Below, piece after piece: positions 23,022-34,118 of a DNA stretch of 64,000 nucleotides. The stretch is taken from contig CAVYBH010000015.1 of assembly GCA_963766715.1 (NCBI GenBank), positions 64,001 to 128,000 of the forward strand. The letters run 5' to 3'. Position 1 is the stretch's first letter, and every line of letters starts with the position of its first letter. The notes below the pieces were generated by a model. It was not told the origin of the DNA. It saw nothing but the letters and a program-made list of their open reading frames with translations, and searched no databases. A program made the position numbers and the translations under genes. The DNA comes from an uncultured delta proteobacterium (GTDB lineage Bacteria; Myxococcota; Myxococcia; Myxococcales; Anaeromyxobacteraceae).

Positions 23022-24250
23022 TCGGCGAGCTCGCGCACCAGCCGCAGGAGGACGTCGCCTCCGGCCTGGATGTCCTGGGGCGAGGTGAACTCCTCGACGT
23101 TGTGGCTCACGCCCCGGACGCTGGGGACGAAGATCATGCAGGACGGGCAGATGGCCGCCAGGATCTGCGCGTCGTGGCCGGCGCCGGAGGGCAGCCGCCG
23201 GACCTTGTGACCGAGCTCGCGGGCGATGGCCTCGACGCGGGCGACCAGCTCGGGCGCGAAGGCGACCGGCTCGAAGCGGGCCAGCGAGCGGCGGGAGATC
23301 CCCACGCCCTCGGCGGCGGCCGCCTCCTCGGCGAACGCGAAGACGCGCCGCTCGGCGTCCTTCAGGAGCGCCTCGTCGGTGTTGCGGAGGTCCACCGTCA
23401 TGACCACCCGGCTCGCCACCACGTTGACCAGGTTCGGGAACATCGTGAGCGCGCCCACCGTGGCCACCTGGTGGCCGCCCATCTCCTTCGCCACCCGCCG
23501 CGCGAAGGTGGCGATCTCGGCCGCCACCAGCCCGGCGTCGTGGCGCAGCCGCATGGGCGTGGTGCCGGCGTGGTTCGACTGGCCGGTGAGGGTGACCTCG
23601 GTCCAGGAGATGCCCTGCACCCCCTCCACCGCACCGATGGTGAAGCCCTCGGCCTCCAGCACCGGGCCCTGCTCGACGTGGAGCTCCACGTAGGCGTGGA
23701 CGCCCCCCTTCGCCCCCACCGGCGCGGTCCCGGCGTAGCCGATCCGGGCCAGGTCGGCGCCCACGGTCGTGCCGTCGATCCCCACCGTGGCGAGCGCCTT
23801 CTCGAGCGGGAGCGCGCCCGCGTAGACGAGGCTCCCCATCATGTCGGGCTGGAAGCGGCTGCCCTCCTCGTTGGTGAAGAAGGCCACCGCCAGCGGGCGC
23901 CGGGTGACGATCTTCGCGTCCTCGAGCCTCGCGATCACCTCGAGCCCGGCGAGGACGCCCAGGTTGCCGTCGTAGCGCCCCCCGGTCCGCACCGTGTCGA
24001 TGTGGCTGCCCATCATCACGGGAGGCCCGCCCTCGCGCCCCTTGCGGACGCCGACGACGTTCCCGATGCCGTCGACCGTCACCGCGAGCCCGAGCTCGCG
24101 CATCCAGCCGGTGACGAGGTCGCGACCCTGCCTGTCCGCGTCGGTGAGCGCGAGCCGCGCGACCCCGCCGCCGGGGATGGCGCCCACCTGCCCGAGTGCG
24201 GCGATCCGCCTCGAGAGCCGCTCGCCGTCGATCCGAAGGTCGTCCTTCAC
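23018..24250 (-). CDS. M20 Zn-dependent carbamoylase (HyuC/AllC/beta-ureidopropionase family)
   Basis: GSHIDTV..GGRYDG, NEEGSRF, ELHVEQGPVL, NHAGTTPM, SGAGHDA, SHN. Confidence 0.92.
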   Translation of the reverse strand: MKDDLRIDGERLSRRIAALGQVGAIPGGGVARLALTDADRQGRDLVTGWMRELGLAVTVDGIGNVVGVRKGREGGPPVMMGSHIDTVRTGGRYDGNLGVLAGLEVIARLEDAKIVTRRPLAVAFFTNEEGSRFQPDMMGSLVYAGALPLEKALATVGIDGTTVGADLARIGYAGTAPVGAKGGVHAYVELHVEQGPVLEAEGFTIGAVEGVQGISWTEVTLTGQSNHAGTTPMRLRHDAGLVAAEIATFARRVAKEMGGHQVATVGALTMFPNLVNVVASRVVMTVDLRNTDEALLKDAERRVFAFAEEAAAAEGVGISRRSLARFEPVAFAPELVARVEAIARELGHKVRRLPSGAGHDAQILAAICPSCMIFVPSVRGVSHNVEEFTSPQDIQAGGDVLLRLVRELAE

Positions 24251-24269
24251 GTGGCCTCCCTCCCGCCCG

Positions 24270-26920
24270 TCAGTGCCACTCTCCCCGCTCCGCGTCGGGG
24301 AGCCGTCCCACGTTGATGGCCCGCGCTGCGGGCGAGTCCTTCATGGGCAGGCGCGTGCGGCGAACGCCGTCGAAGGCCTGCAGCGCCCCGGCCACCGCGC
24401 CGGCGGTGGGAACGAGGCCGATCTCGCCGACCCCCTTCGCGCCGAACGGACCCTCCGGCTCGGGATCCTCGACCAGGATGACCTCGACCGCCGGCATGTG
24501 CTGGGCGCGCAGGACGCCGATGTCGCGCAGCCGGAAGGTCACCGGCATGCCGTCCTTGCAGGGAAGCTCCTCGGTGAGCGCGTAGCCGAGCCCCATGTGC
24601 ACCGAGCCCTCGATCTGGGCCTCGCACTGCTGGGGGTTGATGGCGCGCCCGACGTCGTGCGCCGCGATGACCCGCTCGAGCTTGCCCGCGCCGTCGAGGA
24701 CCACCACCTGGGTGGCCCAGCCGAACGAGGTGTGGGTCTTGATCTTCCCGTTCTTCGTCTGGCCCGGCGCGGTGGTGTCGTCGATGACGATCTCGCCGCC
24801 GTACTCCCGCCCGGCGAGGTCGGCGAGCGACCTCCCCTGGTCGAGGTCGGCGCGCAGCTTCTTCGCGGCCTCGAGCGCGCCCGCGCCCGGCCAGCAGCGT
24901 GGCGCGCGAGCCGGTGGTCTGGCCGGCCCCGAGCTCGAAGCGGCTGTCGACGCGCGGCACGAAGGTTCCGGCCGGCAGCCCCGTCACCTCGGCGGCGACC
25001 TGGGCCAGGATGGTGAGGAGCCCCTGCCCCATCTCGGTGAAGCCGGCGTAGAGGCCGACCTTGCCGCCGGCCTCCACCACGAGCCGGCACTTCCCGGACT
25101 CGACGGCGCCGTTGCCGATGCCCGAGTTCTTCACGCCGCAGGCGATGCCCACGGCGCGCCCCTGCTTGCGGGCCGCGTAGTAGGCGTCCTTCACGGCCAG
25201 CAGCGTCTTCTCGAGCCCCACCGACTTCTCGAGCACCTGCCCGGTGGTGAAGGTGTCTCCCACGCGCAGGCCGTTGCGGAACCGCATCTCCCAGCCGTCG
25301 ATGCCCACCTTCGCGGCCAGGAGGTCGATGCACCCCTCCATGGCGAAGCTGGTCTGGTTCACGCCGAAGCCGCGCATGGCGCCGCAGGGCGGGTTGTTGG
25401 TGTAGGCCGCGATGGCGTCGACCTTCACTGCGGGTACGCGGTAGGGGCCGCAGGCGTGGCCGGCCGCCCGCTCGAGCACCTTGCCGCCCACCGACGCGTA
25501 GGCGCCCGAATCCCCGAGCAGGTCGATCCGTGCCGCGGTGAGCCGGCCCTCGGCGTCGCACCCCACCGTGTAGCTCATGGTGATGGGGTGGCGCTTCGGG
25601 TGCATCCGGATCGACTGCTCCCGGGTGAGGACGAGGCGCACCGGCCGGCCCGTCAGCCGCGCGAGCAGCGCGGTCTGGGCCTGGATGCTCATGTCCTCCT
25701 TGCCGCCGAAGGCGCCGCCGTTCGGGACGAGCTCGGCGAAGACCTTCTCCTCCGGCTCGCCGAGCACCGACGCCACCTGGCGGCGGTCGTCGAAGATCCC
25801 CTGCCCCTGCGTGTAGAGGTGGAGCCGCCCGTCCGGCATGGGGACCGCGAGCGCGGCCTCCGGCTCGAGGAAGAGGTGCTCGATGCGCTGGGTGGCCCAC
25901 TTGCCGGTGACCACGTGGGCGGAGGCGGCCAGCGCCGCGTCCACGTCGCCGCGCTCGATCTGGGTCGTGGAGAGCACGTTCGCGTGCCGGGGGTTCACCT
26001 GCGGCGCGCCGGGCTTGATCGACTCGGCCGGGTCGAGCACGGCCGGCAGGAGCTGGTACTCCACCTCGACGAGCGCAGCCGCCTCCCGCGCGATGCGGGG
26101 GCTCTCGGCGGCGACGGCGGCGAGCACGTCGCCCACCGCGCGCACCTCCTCGCCCTCGGCCACGAGCACCGGCCAGTCCTTGTAGATGAGGCCCACCCAG
26201 CGGTCGCCCGGCACGTCGCGGGCGGTCGCCACCCGGACCACGCCCGGCAGCGCGCGCGCGCGGGTGGTGTCGATGCGGATCACGCGGGCCCGGGCGTGCG
26301 GGGAGAGGGCCACCGCGCCGTGGAGCATCCCCGGGGACGTCCATGTCGGCGACGAACGGCCGGTCGCCCAGCGCCAGCTCGCCGCCCTGGTAGCGGACCA
26401 GCCGCGCGCCCACGCCGCCGTCGGTGACGAGCTCGGGCATCGAGCCGCCGCGCTTCGCCGACTGGATGAGCAGGACGGCGTCGACGATCTTCACGTAGCC
26501 GGTGCAGCGGCAGAGGTGGCCGTCGAGCCCCTTCGCGATCTCGTCGCGGCCGAGCACCTTGTCCTGGTCGGTGAGCCACTTGATGCGAAGCGTCAACCCG
26601 GGCGTGCAGAACCCGCACTGCAGCCCCGCCGCCACCTGGAAGGCCCGGGCGTAGAGCTGCCGCTCCGCCTCGGCGACGCCTTCCAGCGTCAGGACGGTCT
26701 TTCCCTCGACCTTCTCGGCCGGGACCGAGCAGGAGGTCTTGGGCTTCCCGTCGACGAGCGCCAGGCAGCAGCCGCACTGGCCCTGGGGCGCGCAGGCGTC
26801 CTTGGGGGAGGTGATCTTGAAGGTCTCGCGGAGCAACTCGAGCAGGGACTGCCCGGGGAGGACCTCGGCCTGCCTGGTCTCGCCATTCAGCTGGAAGGAG
26901 ATGGTTTTCAAGAACGACAT
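24270..26920 (-). CDS. Selenium-dependent-type xanthine dehydrogenase/molybdenum hydroxylase, [2Fe-2S] + Mo domains fused (frameshifts near 26335 and 24885)
   Basis: KDACAPQGQCGCC, QCGFCTPG, CRCTGY; GGAFGGKED, HPKRHP, AMRGFG, GQTTGSR, GAKGVGE. Confidence 0.85.
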
Positions 26921-27000
26921 TCTATTCCTTTGGCTCCCTCGACGCCCGCCCGGAAATCGGGGAGAAGGAAGGGCATGTCCTCCGGAGAGGCGAGCTAGCC

Positions 27001-29069
27001 ATGGAACTCATCCCGGTCCCGTTCGGCGTCCTCGCCACCCGCCTGCACCGCGAGCTTTCCGGGAGGCAGGCGGCCTTCGACCTGCCCGCCCGGCAGTTCG
27101 TCCTCGGCGACGCGGCCCGGGACCTGTCGGTGTCCATCCACGGCCACCGGGCCTCGAGCCCGCTCGGCCCCGCGGCGGGCCCGCACACCCAGCTGGCGCA
27201 GAACATCGTCCTGTCCTGGCTGGCCGGCTGCCGGGTCATGGAGCTGAAGACCGTCCAGGTGAAGGACGACCTCGTCATCCCCCGGCCCTGCATCGACATG
27301 CAGACGGTGGGCTTCAACGTCGAGTGGTCGCAGGAGCTGCGGCTCGAGCAGTCGCTCGAGGAGTACGTGAAGGCCTCGATGCTCATCGAGCTCCTGAAGG
27401 CCTCCGGCCTGCTCCCGGGAATGGCGCCCGGGCTTCGGGGACACCGTCTTCGACATGAGCGTCGGCTACGACCTGGCCGGCATCCGGTCGCAGCGGGTGC
27501 AGGCCTTCGTGGCCGGCCTGCTCGACGCGGGGCCCATCGTCGAGCGGCTGCGCGCCCAGATTCCCGCCGAGTGGGCGCACCTGCGCGACCTCCCGTTCCA
27601 GACCCGCATCTCCGACACGCTGACCCTCTCCACCTTCCACGGCTGCCCCCCCGAGGAGATCGAGGGCATCAGCGCCTACCTCCTGCGCGAGCTGGGCCTG
27701 CACGTGGTGGTGAAGCTGAACCCCACGCTGCTCGGCAAGGACGAGCTCCACGCCATCCTCCACGAGCGCCTGGGCTACGACGCGCTCCACGTCCCCGACG
27801 CCGCCTTCGAGAAGGACGCGAAGTGGGAGCAGGTGGTGGGGTTCGTCGAGCGGCTGGGCGCGCTCGCGGTCGAGCAGGATCGCGGCTTCGGCGTGAAGTT
27901 CACGAACACGCTGATCGTGAAGAACCACAAGACCTTCTTCCCGGCCACCGAGAAGGAGATGTACCTCTCCGGCCCGCCCCTGCACGTGCTCGCGATGGCG
28001 CTGGTGCGCCGGTTCCGCGGCGCGTTCGGCGACCGCTACCCGATCTCCTTCTCCGCGGGGATCGAGGCCGCCAACTTCGCCGACGCCACGGCGCTGGGGC
28101 TCCGGCCGGTGAGCGTCTGCACCGACCTCCTGCGCGCGGGCGGCTACGGCCGCGCCCGCCACTACTTCTCCGACCTGCTGCGCCGCATGGACGCGGTGGG
28201 CGCGACCGACGTCGACGGCTTCTCGCTGCGCGCCTACGGCCACGGCGAGGCGGCGCTCGCGACGCTCGGGCTCCCCCCGGAGACGGCCGCGGCCTGTCGC
28301 GCGGCGCTGCAGGAGAAGGGCGACCTCCGGGCGGCGGCGGGCGGGGCCTTCGAGGCCTGGGTCTCCGCGGCGCGGCTCCTCGACACCGAGACCTACGTGG
28401 AGCGCGTGCTCCAGGATCCCCGCTACGCGGCGGCGAGGAACGCCACCCCGCCGAAGAAGGTCGGCTCGTCGCTCACCCTCTTCGACTGCCTCACCTGCGA
28501 CAAGTGCATCCCGGTCTGCCCGAACGACGCCAACTTCGCGCTCGCCATGCCGAAGGGCGCGGTGGTCCTGGAGCGGCTCGTCCCCGGCGCGAAGGGGTTC
28601 ACGCTGGAGGCCGCCGGGGCCACCCCGGTCGAGAAGCCCCACCAGATCGCCAACTTCGCCGACGCCTGCAACGAGTGCGGCCACTGCGACGTGATGTGCC
28701 CGGAGGACGGCGGCCCGTACGTGGTGAAGCCCCGCTTCTTCGGCAGCGTGGAGGCCTGGTCGGCGGCGCCGGCCCGGGACGGCTTCGCGCTCGAGCCGAT
28801 GGACGGCGGCATCCGGATGCACGGCCGCTTCGGCGAGCAGACCTTCGTCGTCGAGAGCGGGAACGGGCTCGCTGCGCTACCAGGGGAAAGACTTTGACCT
28901 CCGGCTCGACGCCGCCGACCCGGTGGGGACCGCCCAGGGACGGGCGACCGGCCCGGTCGACCTGGGATTCCTCAGGATCATGGAGCGGCTGCGCGAGGCG
29001 GTGACCGCTCCCGAGGCCGTGAACTACGTGAGCGCGGCGCTCCCTCGCGCCGGAACGAAGGTAAGCTGA
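27001..29069 (+). CDS. ygfK: YgfK-like Fe-S oxidoreductase, short form (frameshifts near 27440 and 28865)
   Basis: GPAAGPHTQLAQNI, ELKTVQ, PCID, NVEWSQEL, TLSTFHGCPP, KLNPTLLG, EMYLSG; two 4Fe-4S motifs CLTCDKCIPVCP and CNECGHCDVMCP. Confidence 0.8.
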
Positions 29070-29075
29070 GTCGAC

Positions 29076-30493
29076 ATGTCCCCGGGCATCCGCTTCATCC
29101 TCGACGGCCAGGTGCGTGAGCTCGATCACGTCGACCCCACCTTGACCGTGCTCGACTGGCTCCGCGGGCCCGGAGCGCCGGTGCGGGTCGAAGGAAGGCT
29201 GCCGCGAGGGGGACTGCGGCGCCTGCACGGTGGTGCTCGCCGAGCTGCACCGCGGCGAGCTCCGCTACCGGGCGGTGAACGCCTGCATCCTCTTCGTCCC
29301 GGCGCTCGACGGGAAGGCGCTGCTCACGGTGGAGAGCCTGGCCGCCGCCGGGCGAGACGCTCCACCCGGTGCAGAAGGCCATGGTCGACTGCCACGCCTC
29401 CCAGTGCGGCTTCTGCACGCCGGGGTTCGTGATGTCGCTCGTCGCGCTGTACGAGAGCGAGCCGGCGCCGACCCGCACCCGGATCGACGAGGTCCTGGCG
29501 GGGAACCTGTGCCGCTGCACGGGCTACCGGCCCATCGTGGAGGCGGCCGGGCAGGCCTGCCAGGACGGGGGCCGGTCGCGCCTCGCCGAGCACCAGGCGG
29601 CGCTCGCGGCCCAGCTCCGCGGCATCGCCCGCGAGGGCACGCTCGAGCTCGAGCACGAGGGGCGGCGCCTCCTCGCCCCGCGCACGGCCGACGCGCTCGC
29701 CGAGATCGTGCTGCGCCACCCGGGCGCGCACCTGCTCGCCGGCGGCACCGACGTCGGCCTCTGGGTCACCAAGCAGCACCGCCAGCTCGACGCGCTCGTC
29801 TACCTGGGAGCGGTCGAGGAGCTCGCCTCGGTCACCGACACGGGGACGCACGTGGAGGTCGGCGCCGCGGCCACCTACACCGACGCGCTCGCCGTCCTGT
29901 CCGGACGGATCCCGGCGCTGGCGGCGCTCGTGCGGCGCATCGGGTCCCAGCAGATCCGCAACGCGGGCACGCTCGTCGGAAACGTCGCGAACGCTTCGCC
30001 CATCGGGGACACGCTGCCGGCGCTGCTCGCGCTCGGGTCCTCGGTGGTGCTCCGGCACGGCGACGACCGCCGCGAGATCCCCCTCGACGCCTTCTTCCTC
30101 GACTACCGCAAGACCGCGCTCCGGCCCGGCGAGTTCATCGAGCGCGTCCGCATCCCGGTGCCGGAGGCGGGCGTTCGCTTCGGGACCTACAAGGTCTCGA
30201 AGCGGTTCGACCAGGACATCTCGGCCGTCTGCGGCGCCTTCGCCGTGCGGCTGGAGAAGGGGCAGGTGAAGGACGCGCGGCTCTGCTACGGGGGAATGGC
30301 GGCCATCCCGAAGCGCGCGCGCGCCTGCGAGGAGGCGCTTCGCGGCAAGCCCTGGACCGAGGAGACCATCGCGTCGGTCCTCCCGCTCCTCGACGGCGAG
30401 TTCCGCCCGCTCTCCGACATGCGGGCGAGCGCCGCCTACCGCACGCGGGTCGCCCGCAACCTGCTTCGCAAGTTCCAGGCGGAGGCCACGTGA
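29076..30493 (+). CDS. xdhA: Xanthine dehydrogenase small subunit (2Fe-2S + FAD; frameshifts near 29180 and 29355)
   Basis: KEGCREGDCGAC, SQCGFCTPG, GNLCRCTGY, AGGTDVGLW, IRNAGT, KVSKRFDQDISAV. Confidence 0.92.
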
Positions 30494-32880
30494 AGCGCCC
30501 CCGTCGAGCGCGCCCGGCCGTCCACGCGCCGCTGCCCCACGACAGCGCCGAGCGCCACGTCCGCGGCGAGGCCCTCTACGTCGACGACATCCCCGAGCCG
30601 GCGGGCCTCCTGCACGCCTACGTCCGCCTGAGCGAGCGCGCCCACGCGCGGATCACCCGGCTCGAGGTGGGGGCCGCGGCCGCGTCGCCCGGGGTCGCGG
30701 CGGTGATGACCGCCCGGGATCTCCCGGCCGGCAACGACGTCGGCCCGGTGCTTCCGGGCGATCCCATCTTCGCCGACGGCCTCGTCGAGTACTTCGGGCA
30801 GTCGATCTTCGCGGTGGCGGCCGACACGCAGGAGAACGCCCGCCGGGCCGCCCATCGCGCCGAGATCGCCTACGAGGACCTCCCCGCCATCCTCACCGTC
30901 GAGGAGGCGCTGGCGAGGAAGTCCTTCGTGCTCCCCACCGAGGTGCTGCGCCGCGGGAAGCCGGAGGCCGCGCTGGCCCGCGCCCCGCGCCGGCTCGCCG
31001 GGCGGCTCCACATCGGCGGCCAGGATCACTTCTACCTCGAGGGGCAGATCGCGATGGCGGTGCCGCGCGAGGGGGGAGACCTGCTCGTCCACAGCTCGAC
31101 GCAGCACCCCACCGAGGTGCAGCACCTGGTCGCGAAGACCCTGGGCAAGCCGGACAGCCACGTCACCGTCGAGGTCCGCCGGCTGGGCGGGGCCTTCGGC
31201 GGCAAGGAGACCCAGGCGGCGCTCATCGCCTGCATCGCGGCGCTGCTGGCCCAGCGCACCGGCCGCCCGGTGAAGCTGCGGCTCGACCGCGACGACGACA
31301 TGCTGCTCACCGGCAAGCGGCACGACTTCGTCGTCGACTTCGACGTGGGCCACGACGACGCGGGGCGCATCCTCGGCCTCGAGCTCGTGCTGGCCTCGCG
31401 CTGCGGGATCTCGCCCGACCTCTCCGGCGCGGTGAACGACCGCGCCATGCTCACGGCCGACAACTGCTACTGGCTGCCGGACGTCTCCATCACGTCGCAC
31501 CGCTGCAGGACGAACACCGTCTCCAACACCGCCTTCCGGGGCTTCGGCGGCCCGCAGGGGATGATGGCGATCGAGTGGGTGGTCGACGAGGTGGCCCGGG
31601 CGCTCGGCAAGGACCCGCTCGAGGTCCGCAAGCGCAACCTCTACGGGACGACGACGCGCAACACCACGCCCTACGGGATGAAGCTCCACGAGAACCCGAT
31701 GCCGGGGATCATCCGGGCGCTCGAGAAGAGCGCCGGCTACGCCGCCCGGCGCCGGTCGGTGGACGCCTTCAACCGCCAGAGCCCCTTCGCGCGGCGCGGC
31801 CTCGCGCTCACCCCGGTCAAGTTCGGCATCTCCTTCACGGCCACGCAGATGAACCAGGCCGGCGCGCTGGTCCACGTCTACACCGACGGCAGCGTCCAGC
31901 TCACCCACGGCGGGATCGAGATGGGCCAGGGACTGTACGTGAAGGTCGCCCAGGTGGTGGCGGACGAGCTGGGGGTGGGGCTCGACCAGGTCCGCATCAT
32001 GCCCACCAGCACCGAGAAGGTGCCCAACACCTCGCCCACCGCCGCCTCGGCCGGGAGCGACATGAACGGCAAGGCCGCCGAGGCGGCCGCCCGGACCATC
32101 AAGGAGCGCATGGCCCGCGTGGCGGCGGCGCACCTGGGCGGCCGGGCCCGGAGCGCGGTCTTCGCAGGCGGCCGCGTGCGCGTCGGCGAGCGCTCGCTCT
32201 CCTTCCGCGAGGTCGCGGCGCTCGCCCACCGCGAGCGCGTGTCGCTCTCGTCGACCGGCCACTACCGGACGCCGCTCGTGCACTGGGATCGCGAGACGTT
32301 CCGGGGGCGGCCGTTCTACTACTTCTCCTGGGGCGCCGCGGTCTCCGAGGTCGAGATCGACACGCTCACCGGCGAGTACCGGGTGCGCCGGGTCGACATC
32401 CTCCACGACTGCGGCGGCTCCATCAATCCGGCCGTCGACCGGGGGCAGGTCGAGGGCGGATTCGTCCAGGGGATGGGCTGGCTCACCACCGAGGAGCTCT
32501 GGTGGGACGGCGCCGGCCGCCTCGCCACCCACGCCCCCTCGACCTACAAGATCCCGGCCTGCAGCGACGTCCCCGAGGACTTCCGGGTCACGCTCCGGCT
32601 CGAGACCGAGAACGAGCTGCCCACGGTGCGGCGCTCCAAGGCCGTGGGGGAGCCGCCGCTCATGCTCGCCATCTCGGTCTTCCACGCGCTGAAGGACGCG
32701 GTGGCGGCGGCCGGCGGCCACCGGCTGAGCCCGCGCCTCGACGCCCCGGCCACGCCGGAGCGGGTGCTGCTCGCCGTCGACGACCTGCGCGAGCGGCTGG
32801 CGGGGCGGGAACCGAGGCCCGGGTGCCTGCGCGATGACGCACTGGCTGGATGCGCTCGCCGAGCTCTCGGCCCGGGGTGA
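30490..32880 (+). CDS. xdhB: Xanthine dehydrogenase molybdopterin-binding subunit
   Basis: HDSAERHV, QDHFYLEGQ, GGAFGGKETQ, TAFRGFGGPQG, SKAVGEPPLML; GTG start overlaps xdhA stop. Confidence 0.95.
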   Translation: MKRPRRARPAVHAPLPHDSAERHVRGEALYVDDIPEPAGLLHAYVRLSERAHARITRLEVGAAAASPGVAAVMTARDLPAGNDVGPVLPGDPIFADGLVEYFGQSIFAVAADTQENARRAAHRAEIAYEDLPAILTVEEALARKSFVLPTEVLRRGKPEAALARAPRRLAGRLHIGGQDHFYLEGQIAMAVPREGGDLLVHSSTQHPTEVQHLVAKTLGKPDSHVTVEVRRLGGAFGGKETQAALIACIAALLAQRTGRPVKLRLDRDDDMLLTGKRHDFVVDFDVGHDDAGRILGLELVLASRCGISPDLSGAVNDRAMLTADNCYWLPDVSITSHRCRTNTVSNTAFRGFGGPQGMMAIEWVVDEVARALGKDPLEVRKRNLYGTTTRNTTPYGMKLHENPMPGIIRALEKSAGYAARRRSVDAFNRQSPFARRGLALTPVKFGISFTATQMNQAGALVHVYTDGSVQLTHGGIEMGQGLYVKVAQVVADELGVGLDQVRIMPTSTEKVPNTSPTAASAGSDMNGKAAEAAARTIKERMARVAAAHLGGRARSAVFAGGRVRVGERSLSFREVAALAHRERVSLSSTGHYRTPLVHWDRETFRGRPFYYFSWGAAVSEVEIDTLTGEYRVRRVDILHDCGGSINPAVDRGQVEGGFVQGMGWLTTEELWWDGAGRLATHAPSTYKIPACSDVPEDFRVTLRLETENELPTVRRSKAVGEPPLMLAISVFHALKDAVAAAGGHRLSPRLDAPATPERVLLAVDDLRERLAGREPRPGCLRDDALAGCARRALGPG

Positions 32881-33636
32881 GCCCGCGGTCCTCGTCACGG
32901 TGCTGCGCGCCGACGGCTCCACGCCCCGCGAGGCGGGCGCCAAGATGGTGGTCTCGATCGACGGCCGTCCACGGCACGGTCGGCGGGGGACATCTCGAGC
33001 TCCAGGCCATCGGCACGGCCCGGGAGCTCCTCGCGGCCTCCGAGGCCGGCGAGCGCCCCGCCCCGCTCTCCCGCGACTTCGGGCTCGGCCCCAGCCTCGG
33101 CCAGTGCTGCGGGGGCGCGGTCACCCTCCTCTTCGAGGCCGTCCTCCCCGCGCGCTGGCGCGTGGCCCTCTTCGGCGCCGGCCACGTCGGGCGCGCGCTC
33201 GTGAGGGTGCTCGGCGAGCTCCCCTGCCGGGTCGACTGGATCGACTCCCGCGAGGCGGAGTTCCCGGGAGAGGTCCCCGGCAACGTCCGGCCGATCGTCG
33301 CCGAGGCGCCGGCGGACGAGGTCCAGGATCTCGCCGCCGGTTGCGACGTGCTCGTGATGACCCACAGTCACCAGCTGGACCTCCAGGTGGTCGAGGCCGC
33401 GCTGCGCCGCAAGCGACATCCCGTTCCTGGGGCTCATCGGCTCCCGCACCAAGCGGGCGCGGTTCGAGGCCCGGCTCGCCGAGCGCGGCTTCTCCGCCGA
33501 GGACCTGGCCCGGGTGGTGTGCCCGGTCGGGATCCCGGGCGTGGGGGGCAAGCACCCGGCCGAGATCGCGGTCGCGGTCGCCGCCCAGCTGCTCGCGCTG
33601 CGGCGACCGGGAACGCGCCGGCCGCCGGCTCAGTAG
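32834..33636 (+). CDS. xdhC: Xanthine dehydrogenase accessory protein XdhC (frameshifts near 32965 and 33415)
   Basis: GSTPREAGAKM, GTVGGGHLE, LGPSLGQCCGG, FGAGHVG, MTHSH, GLIGS, GKHPAEIA. Confidence 0.9.
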
Positions 33637-34100
33637 CGGATCTTGTCGGCCTTCCGCTCCCACTCGTCGAAGGCGGTGCGCGCCTCGTCCGGCAGCAGCG
33701 GGACCAGCGGAAGGGTCCGCTGCCCGAGGGGACGGGCGACCTCGGCGTAGATCTCGGCGTCGTCGAAGCCGATGCGGGCGGCGTCGGCCCGTCCGTTCCC
33801 GTAGTAGATGCGCCCGATGCGCGCCCAGTAGATGGCGGCCAGGCACATGGGACAGGGCTCGCAGCTCGCGTAGATCTCGCAGCCGGAGAGGTCGTGGGTC
33901 CCGAGCGCGGCGCAGGCGGCGCGGATGGCGACCACCTCGGCGTGGGCCGTGGGGTCGTTCGTCGACGTCACCTGGTTCGCGCCCTCTCCGACGATGCGCC
34001 CCCCGGAGACGACCACCGACCCGAAGGGACCGCCGCGCCCTTCGGCCATGCCCTGCCGGGAGAGCGCGATGGCCCGTCTCATGAAATCCTTCTGGTCCAT
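33630..34100 (-). CDS. Nucleoside/guanine deaminase (cytidine deaminase fold, GuaD-like)
   Basis: GGPFG, NDPTAHAE, SCEPCPMC, AIYWARI, GFDD, C-terminal Tyr. Confidence 0.88.
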   Translation of the reverse strand: MDQKDFMRRAIALSRQGMAEGRGGPFGSVVVSGGRIVGEGANQVTSTNDPTAHAEVVAIRAACAALGTHDLSGCEIYASCEPCPMCLAAIYWARIGRIYYGNGRADAARIGFDDAEIYAEVARPLGQRTLPLVPLLPDEARTAFDEWERKADKIRY

Positions 34101-34118
34101 CGAGCCGTCCCTCCCCTG

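Noticed and set aside
24270..29069. Selenocysteine read-through in the Mo hydroxylase or YgfK
   Set aside because: The breaks are frame changes rather than in-frame TGA codons, and this enzyme class uses a labile Se cofactor
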